Shown here: positions 17,730-26,068 of the stretch, piece by piece
Layout of the letters: the number at the start of each line of letters is the position of its first letter
Numbering within the stretch: the first letter of the stretch is position 1
Assembly: GCA_040904565.1 (NCBI GenBank)
Contig: JBBDTI010000054.1
Coordinates: forward strand, 32,001-96,000
Direction: 5' to 3'
DNA from: Rhodothermales bacterium
GTDB taxonomy: Bacteria > Bacteroidota > Rhodothermia > Rhodothermales > VXPQ01
DNA length: 64,000 bases
The notes under the pieces: model-generated
Seen by the model: the letters and a program-made list of their open reading frames with translations, nothing else
The model's database searches: none
What the model was told of the DNA's origin: nothing
Made by a program: the position numbers and the translations under genes

Positions 17730-20258
17730 ATGAGAAGGTTGTGGAGGGCGCTGCCCTTTGTCCTCATCCTCTTCGTTTTGGCACCGCCCCTCGTCCGCGC
17801 ACAGTCCGATCAGGTCCCGTCTCGCGAGAGCCGGTCGTCGGTCATGACGGCGGGAGTACTGGAGGGAGACGTACAGATCGACGGACGGCTCGACGAACCG
17901 AGCTGGTCGGCTGCGGAGCGCATGGACGAATTCGTTCAGTTTGAGCCGAGGGAAGGAGACCCGCCCACGCAGCCCTCGGAGGTGCGCGTGCTGTACGGTC
18001 CGAGCAGTCTCGTCGTCGGGGCGACGCTGTTCGATGAAGATTCCGAACGCATTCAGCGTACGCTGGGGCGGCGCGACGAGTATATGCAGGCCGACTGGTT
18101 CGCGGTGTCTATCGACGCCCATCTGGATCGCCGTACGGCATTCCTTTTTGCCGTCAATGCCGCCGGCGTCGAGTATGACGCGCAGCAAACGGAGGGAGCC
18201 CGTCCGGCTCCCGGACCGGGAGACGGCGGCGATACGTCGTGGGATGCCATCTGGGATTCTGCGGTTCGCGTAACGGCCGATGGATGGGTCGTCGAGATGG
18301 AGATCCCGTACAGCATGCTCCGCTTCTCGAGGTCGGACGTGCAGACCTGGGGCATCCGTTTCTCACGCGAGATCCCGCGCCTCGGCGAGGTCTCCGAGTG
18401 GCCCCTCGTGCCGCGTACGGAACGGGCCAACCTGATCGCCCAATACGGTACGCTGCAGGGCATCCGCGGCATCGAGCCGCGGCGCAACGTGCAGATTACG
18501 CCGTACACGCTTTCGCGGCTCGACCGGGTGGAGGATCCGACGGAGTCGGGCACGGCGCTGCACGAGACGGGGGTGGACGTGGGAGGGGACCTGCGCGTGG
18601 GGCTCGGGTCGAACGTGACGCTGAACGCGACGGTAAATCCGGACTTCGGCCAGGTGGAGTCCGACCCCGCCGAGCTAAATCTCACGGCGTTCGAAACGTT
18701 TTTCGAGGAGCGACGGCCTTTTTTCGTCGAAGGGTCCCAGATCTATCAGTTTCCCCTCGTAAGTCGCGGCAATTTGCTATACACGCGGCGCATCGGGGCA
18801 CAGAATCCGATTCTCGGCGCCGCCAAGGTTTCCGGCCGCACGGGCGACGGACTTTCGTTCGGCGTACTGGGCGCGGCGACAGGTCACGAACTGATCGGCG
18901 AATCGAACCGTCACTACGGCGCGGCGAGGCTCAGCCAGCAAATCGGACGCTATTCTACCGCAGGGGGAATGGTTACCGGCTTCAACGGACTTGACGGGCG
19001 GGTGGTCGCGGGCGGGGCGGACTGGGATCTGCGCTTCGCGGATAACACCTATGGGCTGCGGGGTTTCACGGCCTTTACGAGGGGAACGGATCTTGAAACG
19101 GGCTTCACGGGACAGGTCGCCGCCGGGCGGCGCCAGGGTACGTGGACGTACGAGTTCGGCGCCGATTTTATCGACGACCGGTTCGAGCCTAACGACCTCG
19201 GCAGGCAGCGCTACAATAACACCTGGGGCGTGGTCGGACGGTTCGGGCACGACCTGAATGCCGGGCGCGACTTCGGTCCGTTTCAGCGGGCCGAGGCACG
19301 TGCGTACACGTTCAACCAGTGGTCCTACGACGAGGGCGTCAACCTGGGCGGCCGGTTCGCCGTCAATTCGGAGTGGACGCTGCGCAGCTTCGAGACCGTC
19401 TCGGTGGATGCCTCCCTCGACAATCATTTCGGCGGATACGACCAATTCGAAACGCGCGGCCTGGGATACAACGCGATCCCGATGGCCTTCGAACTCGGGG
19501 GAGCGTTTGCGACGGACTCGCGCCGCGAGTGGCGGCTCGAACCCGAGGCCGGCGTACAGTTCGAGGACGACGGCGGCATGACGTATGCCGGCGGCGTAGA
19601 TGCCGAGTGGAACGTGCGGTCGCGGCTTGGGCTCGGCGCCGAGGTTAACGTCGAGTGGGGCGACGGGACGCGAGAGTGGGCCGCCAACGAGGAATTCCGG
19701 CGCCAGGATGGCGGCTGGGCCATCCGCGAGTCGGGTGGCGTCGATCCGAGGTTCGTTCCGTTCGACGACGGCGGCCGGCTCGATGAGATTCTTGCAGGCG
19801 TGCTGACGACGGACGGCACCGACCGGTACCGCGTCCCTGTCTTCGGCGCTCGCGACACCCGTACGTTCGACCTCACGCTCCGCACGAACTACACGTTCAC
19901 GCCGGACCTGGCCCTCCAGTTCTACAGCCAGTTTTTCGTCGCGCGGGCGCGGTATGACGATTTCCGTATTCTTACCGACCCGGATACCTATGCTCGGTTC
20001 GACGCCTTCCCCAAACGTTACGAGCTCGCGCGAAGCAGCTTTCAGTTCAATGCCGTGCTCCGATGGGAGTACCGGCCGGGATCGGAGCTGTTCGCCGTGT
20101 GGACGCAGAGCCGCCGTGCCGACGACGCCCTGAACCCGCTCGGCCCGTGGGATGCTTCGCCTTACGATCGCCCCTATTCCGAGCAGATCTCCGATACGTT
20201 CGGCATCTTTCCGGGTAACGTGTTCATGCTCAAGATCAATTACGCGTTCCTGTATTGA
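17730..20258 (+). CDS. DUF5916 outer-membrane protein with N-terminal CBM9-like domain
   Basis: Signal peptide, IDGRLDEPSW, VNPDFGQVESD..NLTAFETFFEERRPFFVEG, YTRRIG; ends in an aromatic residue. Confidence 0.87.
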   Translation: MRRLWRALPFVLILFVLAPPLVRAQSDQVPSRESRSSVMTAGVLEGDVQIDGRLDEPSWSAAERMDEFVQFEPREGDPPTQPSEVRVLYGPSSLVVGATLFDEDSERIQRTLGRRDEYMQADWFAVSIDAHLDRRTAFLFAVNAAGVEYDAQQTEGARPAPGPGDGGDTSWDAIWDSAVRVTADGWVVEMEIPYSMLRFSRSDVQTWGIRFSREIPRLGEVSEWPLVPRTERANLIAQYGTLQGIRGIEPRRNVQITPYTLSRLDRVEDPTESGTALHETGVDVGGDLRVGLGSNVTLNATVNPDFGQVESDPAELNLTAFETFFEERRPFFVEGSQIYQFPLVSRGNLLYTRRIGAQNPILGAAKVSGRTGDGLSFGVLGAATGHELIGESNRHYGAARLSQQIGRYSTAGGMVTGFNGLDGRVVAGGADWDLRFADNTYGLRGFTAFTRGTDLETGFTGQVAAGRRQGTWTYEFGADFIDDRFEPNDLGRQRYNNTWGVVGRFGHDLNAGRDFGPFQRAEARAYTFNQWSYDEGVNLGGRFAVNSEWTLRSFETVSVDASLDNHFGGYDQFETRGLGYNAIPMAFELGGAFATDSRREWRLEPEAGVQFEDDGGMTYAGGVDAEWNVRSRLGLGAEVNVEWGDGTREWAANEEFRRQDGGWAIRESGGVDPRFVPFDDGGRLDEILAGVLTTDGTDRYRVPVFGARDTRTFDLTLRTNYTFTPDLALQFYSQFFVARARYDDFRILTDPDTYARFDAFPKRYELARSSFQFNAVLRWEYRPGSELFAVWTQSRRADDALNPLGPWDASPYDRPYSEQISDTFGIFPGNVFMLKINYAFLY

Positions 20259-20294
20259 GGTGAACTACAAGGTTCCAATCTCATTCCAACGACC

Positions 20295-20825
20295 ATGCAG
20301 ATAAGACAGCTACTCGCAGCCATGATGATTCCCGTATTCATGATGACATCCAACGCAGCCGGACAGGACGTCGAGGCACGGCTCGCCGAGCTCGGGATCG
20401 AACTCACCGCGCCCACGGCGCCCGTCGCCAACTACGTAAACGCCGTCCGTACCGGCAATCTGCTGTTCCTTTCCGGCAAGGGACCTACCCATCCCGACGG
20501 CAGTCAGATTCAGGGCAAGCTCGGCAGCGACCTGACCGTCGAAGAAGGCTATGAGGCCGCGCGCCTTACCGGCATCAATCTACTGGCGGTGCTCAAAGAC
20601 GAGCTCGGTGACCTGAATCGCGTCAACCGGATCGTCAAGGTGATGGGTATGGTCAATTCGGCGCCCGATTTCACGCAGCAGCCGGCCGTCGTCAACGGCT
20701 GCTCCGATCTGATGGTGGAGGTCTTCGGCGAGAAGGGACGCCACGCAAGGGCCGCCGTCGGGATGGGGGCGCTTCCGGGAAATATCGCCGTGGAGGTGGA
20801 CCTGGTCGTGGAGGTGGCGGACTAG
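20295..20825 (+). CDS. Rid (YjgF/RidA) family protein with apparent signal peptide
   Basis: VEARLAELGIEL, P.ANYV, SGKGP, NGCSDL, HARAAVG, LP.NIAVE. Confidence 0.9.
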   Translation: MQIRQLLAAMMIPVFMMTSNAAGQDVEARLAELGIELTAPTAPVANYVNAVRTGNLLFLSGKGPTHPDGSQIQGKLGSDLTVEEGYEAARLTGINLLAVLKDELGDLNRVNRIVKVMGMVNSAPDFTQQPAVVNGCSDLMVEVFGEKGRHARAAVGMGALPGNIAVEVDLVVEVAD

Positions 20826-20924
20826 AGGCATCGATGCCCCGGCCGGCCACGCGAACGGCGAACTGATACCAGGCTCCCCGGTGATTCTCCCGAATTAGCG
20901 CGTCCGGCAGATACTAGGTTGTGA

Positions 20925-20964
20925 CCTGAACGAATAACTCAGTCGACTGAGTTATTCGTTCAGG
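20925..20964. repeat. Perfect 40-bp palindrome with no spacer, between convergent genes
   Basis: cctgaacgaataactcagtc is immediately followed by its exact reverse complement gactgagttattcgttcagg. Confidence 0.95.
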
Positions 20965-21069
20965 AACTCGTACAGGAACGTGTAGAGTGCCGTCAAGCCG
21001 ACGTTGGTGCCCCGGATCTGTTGACGTTCAGCCAAAGCCAGTAATTCACGTCAGCTGCGGCCCGGACGA

Positions 21070-22287
21070 CTACGCCGACGTGGCCGCGGCGTCCACATCC
21101 TCCCGAAAAAAGAAACCGAAGAGCGCCGTCACGAACGCGGCAAAGCCGAGCGGCATCAGCCAGAAGAGCTGCCATTCCTGGAGCGCCTCGCCGGTTACGA
21201 CGCGGTTGAAGACGCCCCCGGCGATGAGTGTACCCATGCCCTGTCCGATTCCGTACGTGACCAGCACGAACAGGCCCTGCGCCTGGGCGCGAATGGTTGG
21301 ATCCGCCTTCTTGTCGATATAGATCTGTCCGGCGATGTAGACGAAGCCGTAGCAGATGCCGTGCAGCGCGATCCCGATGAGGATGAACAGGGTCGGTGCT
21401 CCCATCGCGCCGGTCAGGAACAGACCGTACCGCACGACCCAGGCCGTCATGCCGATGAGGAGGACGCGCTTGACGCCGAACTTCGTGAAGAACCACGGCA
21501 TCAGGAGCAGGAAGACGATCTCGGACATCTGTCCGAACGTCATCTTGAAGGCGGGATCCGCGATGTCCGCAGCGTTCAAGAACACGGGCACGTAGGCGTA
21601 GTATGTGGCCAGGGGAATGCTCGTCAGCACCAGGCTGACGATGAAGATCGCGAACGATTTCGACCCGAGCTGCTTCAGCGCATCGATGCCGATGATTTCC
21701 CGAAACGTCGTGCGCCGGCTTGCCGCGGGTGGCGGGACGTTGGGCAGCGTGAAGCAGTAGCCGGCCATGAGGATGCCGCCCACACCGGCGATCTGCATGG
21801 GGAGGGCGGTCTCGTCGGCGTGCAGGACGTAACTCACGAGCACGCCCGCGCCGATCCACCCGATACTCCCGAACGCGCGGATCAGCGGAAACTGCTGTTC
21901 GCGATCCTCCAGGTTATGAAACGCCGTGGCCATGGCGAGTCCGACCGTGGGCATGTAGCACACCATATGCAGCAGCAGCAGTACCAGGAAAAGCGGTGTG
22001 GAGACGAAGTCGCCCTCCGCGACGAACGGGGCGGAGAAGACGAACGTACCGCTCAACAGGTGCATCACGCCCATCACCTTCTGGACCGGGAAATAGCGAT
22101 CGGCGATCATGCCCAGAAAGAAGGGGGAGACGAGCGATCCGATCGGGCTGGCCATATACGCCCAGTAAATGGCGTCGGTCATGCCCACGGCGGACATATA
22201 GTTGCCGGCCGTGGCATACCAGGCGCCCCAGACGAAGAACTGGAGGAACATCATGAGGCGCAGGCGCGCCGTCAGCCATCCGCTCAT
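21070..22287 (-). CDS. MFS nucleoside:H+ symporter family (NupG-like)
   Basis: LMMFLQFFVWGAW, FP.IR.FG.IGWI, GQMSE, HGICY, AQAQGL. Confidence 0.9.
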   Translation of the reverse strand: MSGWLTARLRLMMFLQFFVWGAWYATAGNYMSAVGMTDAIYWAYMASPIGSLVSPFFLGMIADRYFPVQKVMGVMHLLSGTFVFSAPFVAEGDFVSTPLFLVLLLLHMVCYMPTVGLAMATAFHNLEDREQQFPLIRAFGSIGWIGAGVLVSYVLHADETALPMQIAGVGGILMAGYCFTLPNVPPPAASRRTTFREIIGIDALKQLGSKSFAIFIVSLVLTSIPLATYYAYVPVFLNAADIADPAFKMTFGQMSEIVFLLLMPWFFTKFGVKRVLLIGMTAWVVRYGLFLTGAMGAPTLFILIGIALHGICYGFVYIAGQIYIDKKADPTIRAQAQGLFVLVTYGIGQGMGTLIAGGVFNRVVTGEALQEWQLFWLMPLGFAAFVTALFGFFFREDVDAAATSA

Positions 22288-22336
22288 ACTTCGCGTGCCC
22301 TGAACCGAACTGTAAAACGGGGGAGGTCGGTCGCGA

Positions 22337-23290
22337 TCATGCGTGCACGTCCGCCGTACGCTGCACCGTCTCTTTGATGTACGCGAGCGAAAGACGCGTC
22401 GCCTCTTCGATGCCGTCCATGCCTGCGAGCTGATGACTGCGAAGGCAGGGAAGGCAGTATTCGGCGACGAGATAGCCGTCGTAGCCGAACTCCCAGAGCG
22501 CTTCGATGAAGGCTTCGTAGTTCACGCGCACCGCGATGTTCGGGGCGACATCCTGCACGGGCTCCCCGTCCTCGTCCGCGCTGAAATTCCACGAGCCGAA
22601 ATGGGTCAGGAGGATGTCGTCGCCGCACGCTTCGACGGCCTCTCGCATGTAGTCGTTGGACTGCCGCCCGTCGAACAGGGGGGCGTCGATGCAGAGGCGG
22701 ACGTTGTCCCGGTCGATCTCGTTCATCATCGCCAGGGCGTCCTCGTAGCCTGGACGCAGGACGGGCGCATGGTTCTGCAGGGCGAGCGTGATGCCCAGAT
22801 CCTCCGCCCACTCCGACACCTCGCGGATGCCCTCGATGGCCCGGTGCCAGCGCCGAAGATCCGGCCCGTACTGCTGTTTGTAGTAGTCGCCGCGTTCGTA
22901 CGGCGCGTAGAAGGACGTGTCTTCCTCGTCGTTCACGATGCCCGGCCAGGCGGCAAAAATCTTTACGAGATCCACGTCGAGGTCGTGGGCGAGGTCGAGC
23001 ACCTCGCCCATCATGGCCAGATTGTTTTCGCGGTCTTCCATCGTGCGCCCCGCGAAGTTGGACATGCTCTCGATGGCACACAGCTCGATGCCTTCGCCGT
23101 CGGCGGCGGCCCTGATGTTGTCCCGGTCCGATGCCGAAAGATCGATCGGCGAGGCGACGGGCCGCTTGGTTTCGATCGCGAGTCCGTCGAAGCCCAGCTC
23201 GCGGGCTTTTCGGATCTGTCGTTCGAGAGAGAGCGGCTCACCGTCGTACCAGAGTCCCGAGTACGATACCGAGAGGAGGCCGAATTTCAT
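22337..23290 (-). CDS. Sugar phosphate isomerase/epimerase (TIM barrel), cytoplasmic
   Basis: Start MKFGLLSVSYSG; ALQNH, CIDAP, TH, AEYC motifs. Confidence 0.85.
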   Translation of the reverse strand: MKFGLLSVSYSGLWYDGEPLSLERQIRKARELGFDGLAIETKRPVASPIDLSASDRDNIRAAADGEGIELCAIESMSNFAGRTMEDRENNLAMMGEVLDLAHDLDVDLVKIFAAWPGIVNDEEDTSFYAPYERGDYYKQQYGPDLRRWHRAIEGIREVSEWAEDLGITLALQNHAPVLRPGYEDALAMMNEIDRDNVRLCIDAPLFDGRQSNDYMREAVEACGDDILLTHFGSWNFSADEDGEPVQDVAPNIAVRVNYEAFIEALWEFGYDGYLVAEYCLPCLRSHQLAGMDGIEEATRLSLAYIKETVQRTADVHA

Positions 23291-23434
23291 GTCCTGTACC
23301 TGGAGTTCCAGAAGTCGGTTCAAACGAGGGTGGCCGCATGCCCCATCAGTATCCAGAATGCGGGCGTAAATCACAACCTGAGGGCGCGCCCCTCTGACGG
23401 CGGCCGGCAAGAAGGATGGGCGCGCGCGCCTGGT

Positions 23435-24119
23435 TCAGCGAATGTCCGTCCGCTCGCCCATCTCGACGACGTGATATCGATTCTGCAGCGCCTGCGACAG
23501 CATCGTCTTCACCTCAAATGGGTATCCCTTCGCCCAGAAGCGGTTGGCCTCGTCGTACGCCATCGTGCCGCGATGTGCCGTCGAGCGTGATGAGATAGCC
23601 GCAGTCCAGGAGATTCGCTTCGATGTAAACGGCAGACAGTTGATCGCCGTGGATGGCGCGTATCGCGTCGACCTGAACCCGACGCACGCTGAACGACGTA
23701 CGCGGCTCGGCGATCACGAGGCGTTCCGTCGGGATGCCGAGCTCTTCGGCGATGTCAACCGTGCTGGCCGGGATGACGAAGATGCAGTCGGAATGCTCGA
23801 GCAGAATGCGCACCGTCCGCCTCCCGAAATGGTCGCCGTGTCCGTGTGTGATAAAGGCGACGTCCAGCTCGGGCGCCAGCTCCATCGCTGAAATCGGTGA
23901 AGGCTCCAGCCTACCCGGATATTCGAGAACGAGGTCGGTGCCTACGAGCAGATCTCCCGACTTGATCAACCAGCCGTTGTGTCCGGTCCACCACACGGCG
24001 GCATCACCCTCGTGGGTGCGGATCTCGTCAATGAGGCGCGGCGCATCCTGGGCGCGGAGCGATGCCGGAATCAGGAGCGCGACGGCCAGCAGTCCGACCG
24101 TTGCGAGCCGCCGCGTCAT
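23435..24119 (-). pseudogene. Exported MBL-fold metallo-hydrolase with internal deletion and frameshift near 23575
   Basis: Signal peptide, THGHGDHF, AIH and GYLITLDG, after which the frame degenerates. A shifted frame reads HRGTMAYDEANRFWAKGYPFEVK...RYHVVEMGERTDIR to a stop at 23435-23437. The expected GD metal-ligand segment is absent. Confidence 0.75.
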
Positions 24120-25108
24120 TCGCTCCACGATTTCACCCCCAGCAGGCGCTCGCCCAGCTCGTTCAGCTGCGCGCGGTCGTACCGGTTTTTCTCAAGATTG
24201 CGGGGGTCGCCCGGGAAGGCGACGCCCTTCGGATGCTCGCGATCGCGCCACAACCGGATGCGCTTCTGCCGCTGCTCTTCGTTGCCCTCGTCGGCCGGAT
24301 ACATGGACACGTACTGGGCGATGCGAGCGCGATCCTGGGAGCGATTCGGTTTTACGCCGTGCGCAAGTAAGGAATTCCAGATGATGAGGTCACCCGCCTC
24401 GAGCGGGATGAACTCTACGTCGAAATCGGATACGTCCGGATAGTAGGGATCGCGATCTTCCGGCTGCTGCGCCAGCCAGTCGTCGAACGTTCGAAAGAGC
24501 TCCGGCACGCACTGGAATCCGCCGACCTCGGGATCCGTATCCACCAGAGAAAGGACCCCCTGCACGTTGATCGGCAGCGGGTCTTTAGACGTATCCACGT
24601 CCCAGTGAATAAAGCCCTCAAACTGGCGCTCGCCGCGATTGGGCGTGTTGAGATTGGCCCGGTCGATGGTTACCCACAGGTCCTCGCGGTCCCAGATGTC
24701 GACGTAGGCGTCGTAGATACGCTTCGTCTGCCGGGTATCCCACAGCAGCTGGTGGTTGTAGACCTCCACCATGCCGGCGTTATTTAGTTCTTCCATGCCG
24801 TGACGGCGCCGGTCTCCGATCCACGTCGACGGATCGTCCGGGTCCATCTCCTGGAACTCCCACAGGAAAGCGATGAGCCGGTCCCTGTGATCTTTCGGAA
24901 TGGCATCTGGCACGACGACGTATCCCAACGTCTGCCAGTGCTCCCAATCGGCCTCGGAGAGCACGCGCAGCGGAAGCGACTTGTCGATCTCCCGAAGCGG
25001 CACGTCGAGCGTCAGTGATGCATTGCCTTCGTGACTTGGACCCTTCTCCACTTCCGCCATGGCTCGTTCCGAATGATTGTCCGACAGGTACTCATCAAAC
25101 CTTTTCAC
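24116..25108 (-). CDS. Phytanoyl-CoA dioxygenase family Fe(II)/2OG oxygenase
   Basis: GYVVVPDAI, HWD (HxD), GDLIIWNSLLAHG, distal Arg. Stop overlaps the next gene's start (ATGA). Confidence 0.88.
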   Translation of the reverse strand: MKRFDEYLSDNHSERAMAEVEKGPSHEGNASLTLDVPLREIDKSLPLRVLSEADWEHWQTLGYVVVPDAIPKDHRDRLIAFLWEFQEMDPDDPSTWIGDRRRHGMEELNNAGMVEVYNHQLLWDTRQTKRIYDAYVDIWDREDLWVTIDRANLNTPNRGERQFEGFIHWDVDTSKDPLPINVQGVLSLVDTDPEVGGFQCVPELFRTFDDWLAQQPEDRDPYYPDVSDFDVEFIPLEAGDLIIWNSLLAHGVKPNRSQDRARIAQYVSMYPADEGNEEQRQKRIRLWRDREHPKGVAFPGDPRNLEKNRYDRAQLNELGERLLGVKSWSE

Positions 25109-25216
25109 TGCGTAATATAGAACATCCGAGCGAGATGTTCGGCTCGCCCTCCCGCGAGTCCGTCGATCCGTATTTCGACTCGAACCTATACGCTGTTTTC
25201 ATTTTTCAGGCATGAC

Positions 25217-26062
25217 ATGTTCTTAAAGCGCAGGAACCTCAATCGGCGTGTTTTTTTAGGCGGCGTGTTAGGTTGCGTAACCGCCTGGCTCTTTTTCGCA
25301 GGCGACGTCCGCGCGCAGGCTGACGGCGCATTCGAATGGCCGGCGGACAACGTGATGGCTCTCAGCCTGAGTTTTGACGATGCGCGTACGAGCCAGGTGG
25401 ATGTCGGGCTCGATCTGTTCGATCGGACGGGTGGTCTGGTCACTTTCTTCGTGGTTCCGGGGGCCGTCGAGCAGCGCCTGGACGGCTGGCGGCGCATGCG
25501 AGCGGCGGGCCACGAGATCGGGAATCACACGCTCACTCATCCGTGTACGGGCAATTTTTCGTGGGCGCGCGACAAGGCGCTGGAATCGTACACGCGCCAG
25601 GCGATGCGTCATGAGCTCACGGCCGCTAACCGCCGTATAGAAGAATTGCTGGGCGTGACGCCGGCGGTGTTTGCCTATCCGTGCGGCCAAACGTTCGTCG
25701 GGCGCGGGGTCGAAACGCTGAGTTACGTGCCGCTCGTCGCAGAGCTATTCCTGGCCGGACGTGGGTGGTTGGACGAAGCGCCGAACGATCCTACCTTCGT
25801 CGATCTCGCCCAGGTGCTCGCCATCGAGATGGACGGGAAGACCTTCGAGGAGCTGCTGCCCGTTCTCGAACAGGCTGCGGCCGACGGGAAATGGGTGGTC
25901 CTGGCGGGCCATGAGATTGGAGACGGCGGAGCACAGACCACACGTGTTGACACGCTCGAACGGCTCATCCGCTATGTGAATGAGCCGTCCAATCACGTCT
26001 GGCTGGCCCCCGTCGGTACCGTGAGCCGGTATGTCGTCGAACAGCGAAGCTCCGGCCGCTAG
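25217..26062 (+). CDS. Exported polysaccharide deacetylase (CE4/NodB)
   Basis: RRVFL leader, LSFDDA, HEIGNHTLTHP, FAYPCG. Confidence 0.88.
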   Translation: MFLKRRNLNRRVFLGGVLGCVTAWLFFAGDVRAQADGAFEWPADNVMALSLSFDDARTSQVDVGLDLFDRTGGLVTFFVVPGAVEQRLDGWRRMRAAGHEIGNHTLTHPCTGNFSWARDKALESYTRQAMRHELTAANRRIEELLGVTPAVFAYPCGQTFVGRGVETLSYVPLVAELFLAGRGWLDEAPNDPTFVDLAQVLAIEMDGKTFEELLPVLEQAAADGKWVVLAGHEIGDGGAQTTRVDTLERLIRYVNEPSNHVWLAPVGTVSRYVVEQRSSGR

Positions 26063-26068
26063 GATGCG

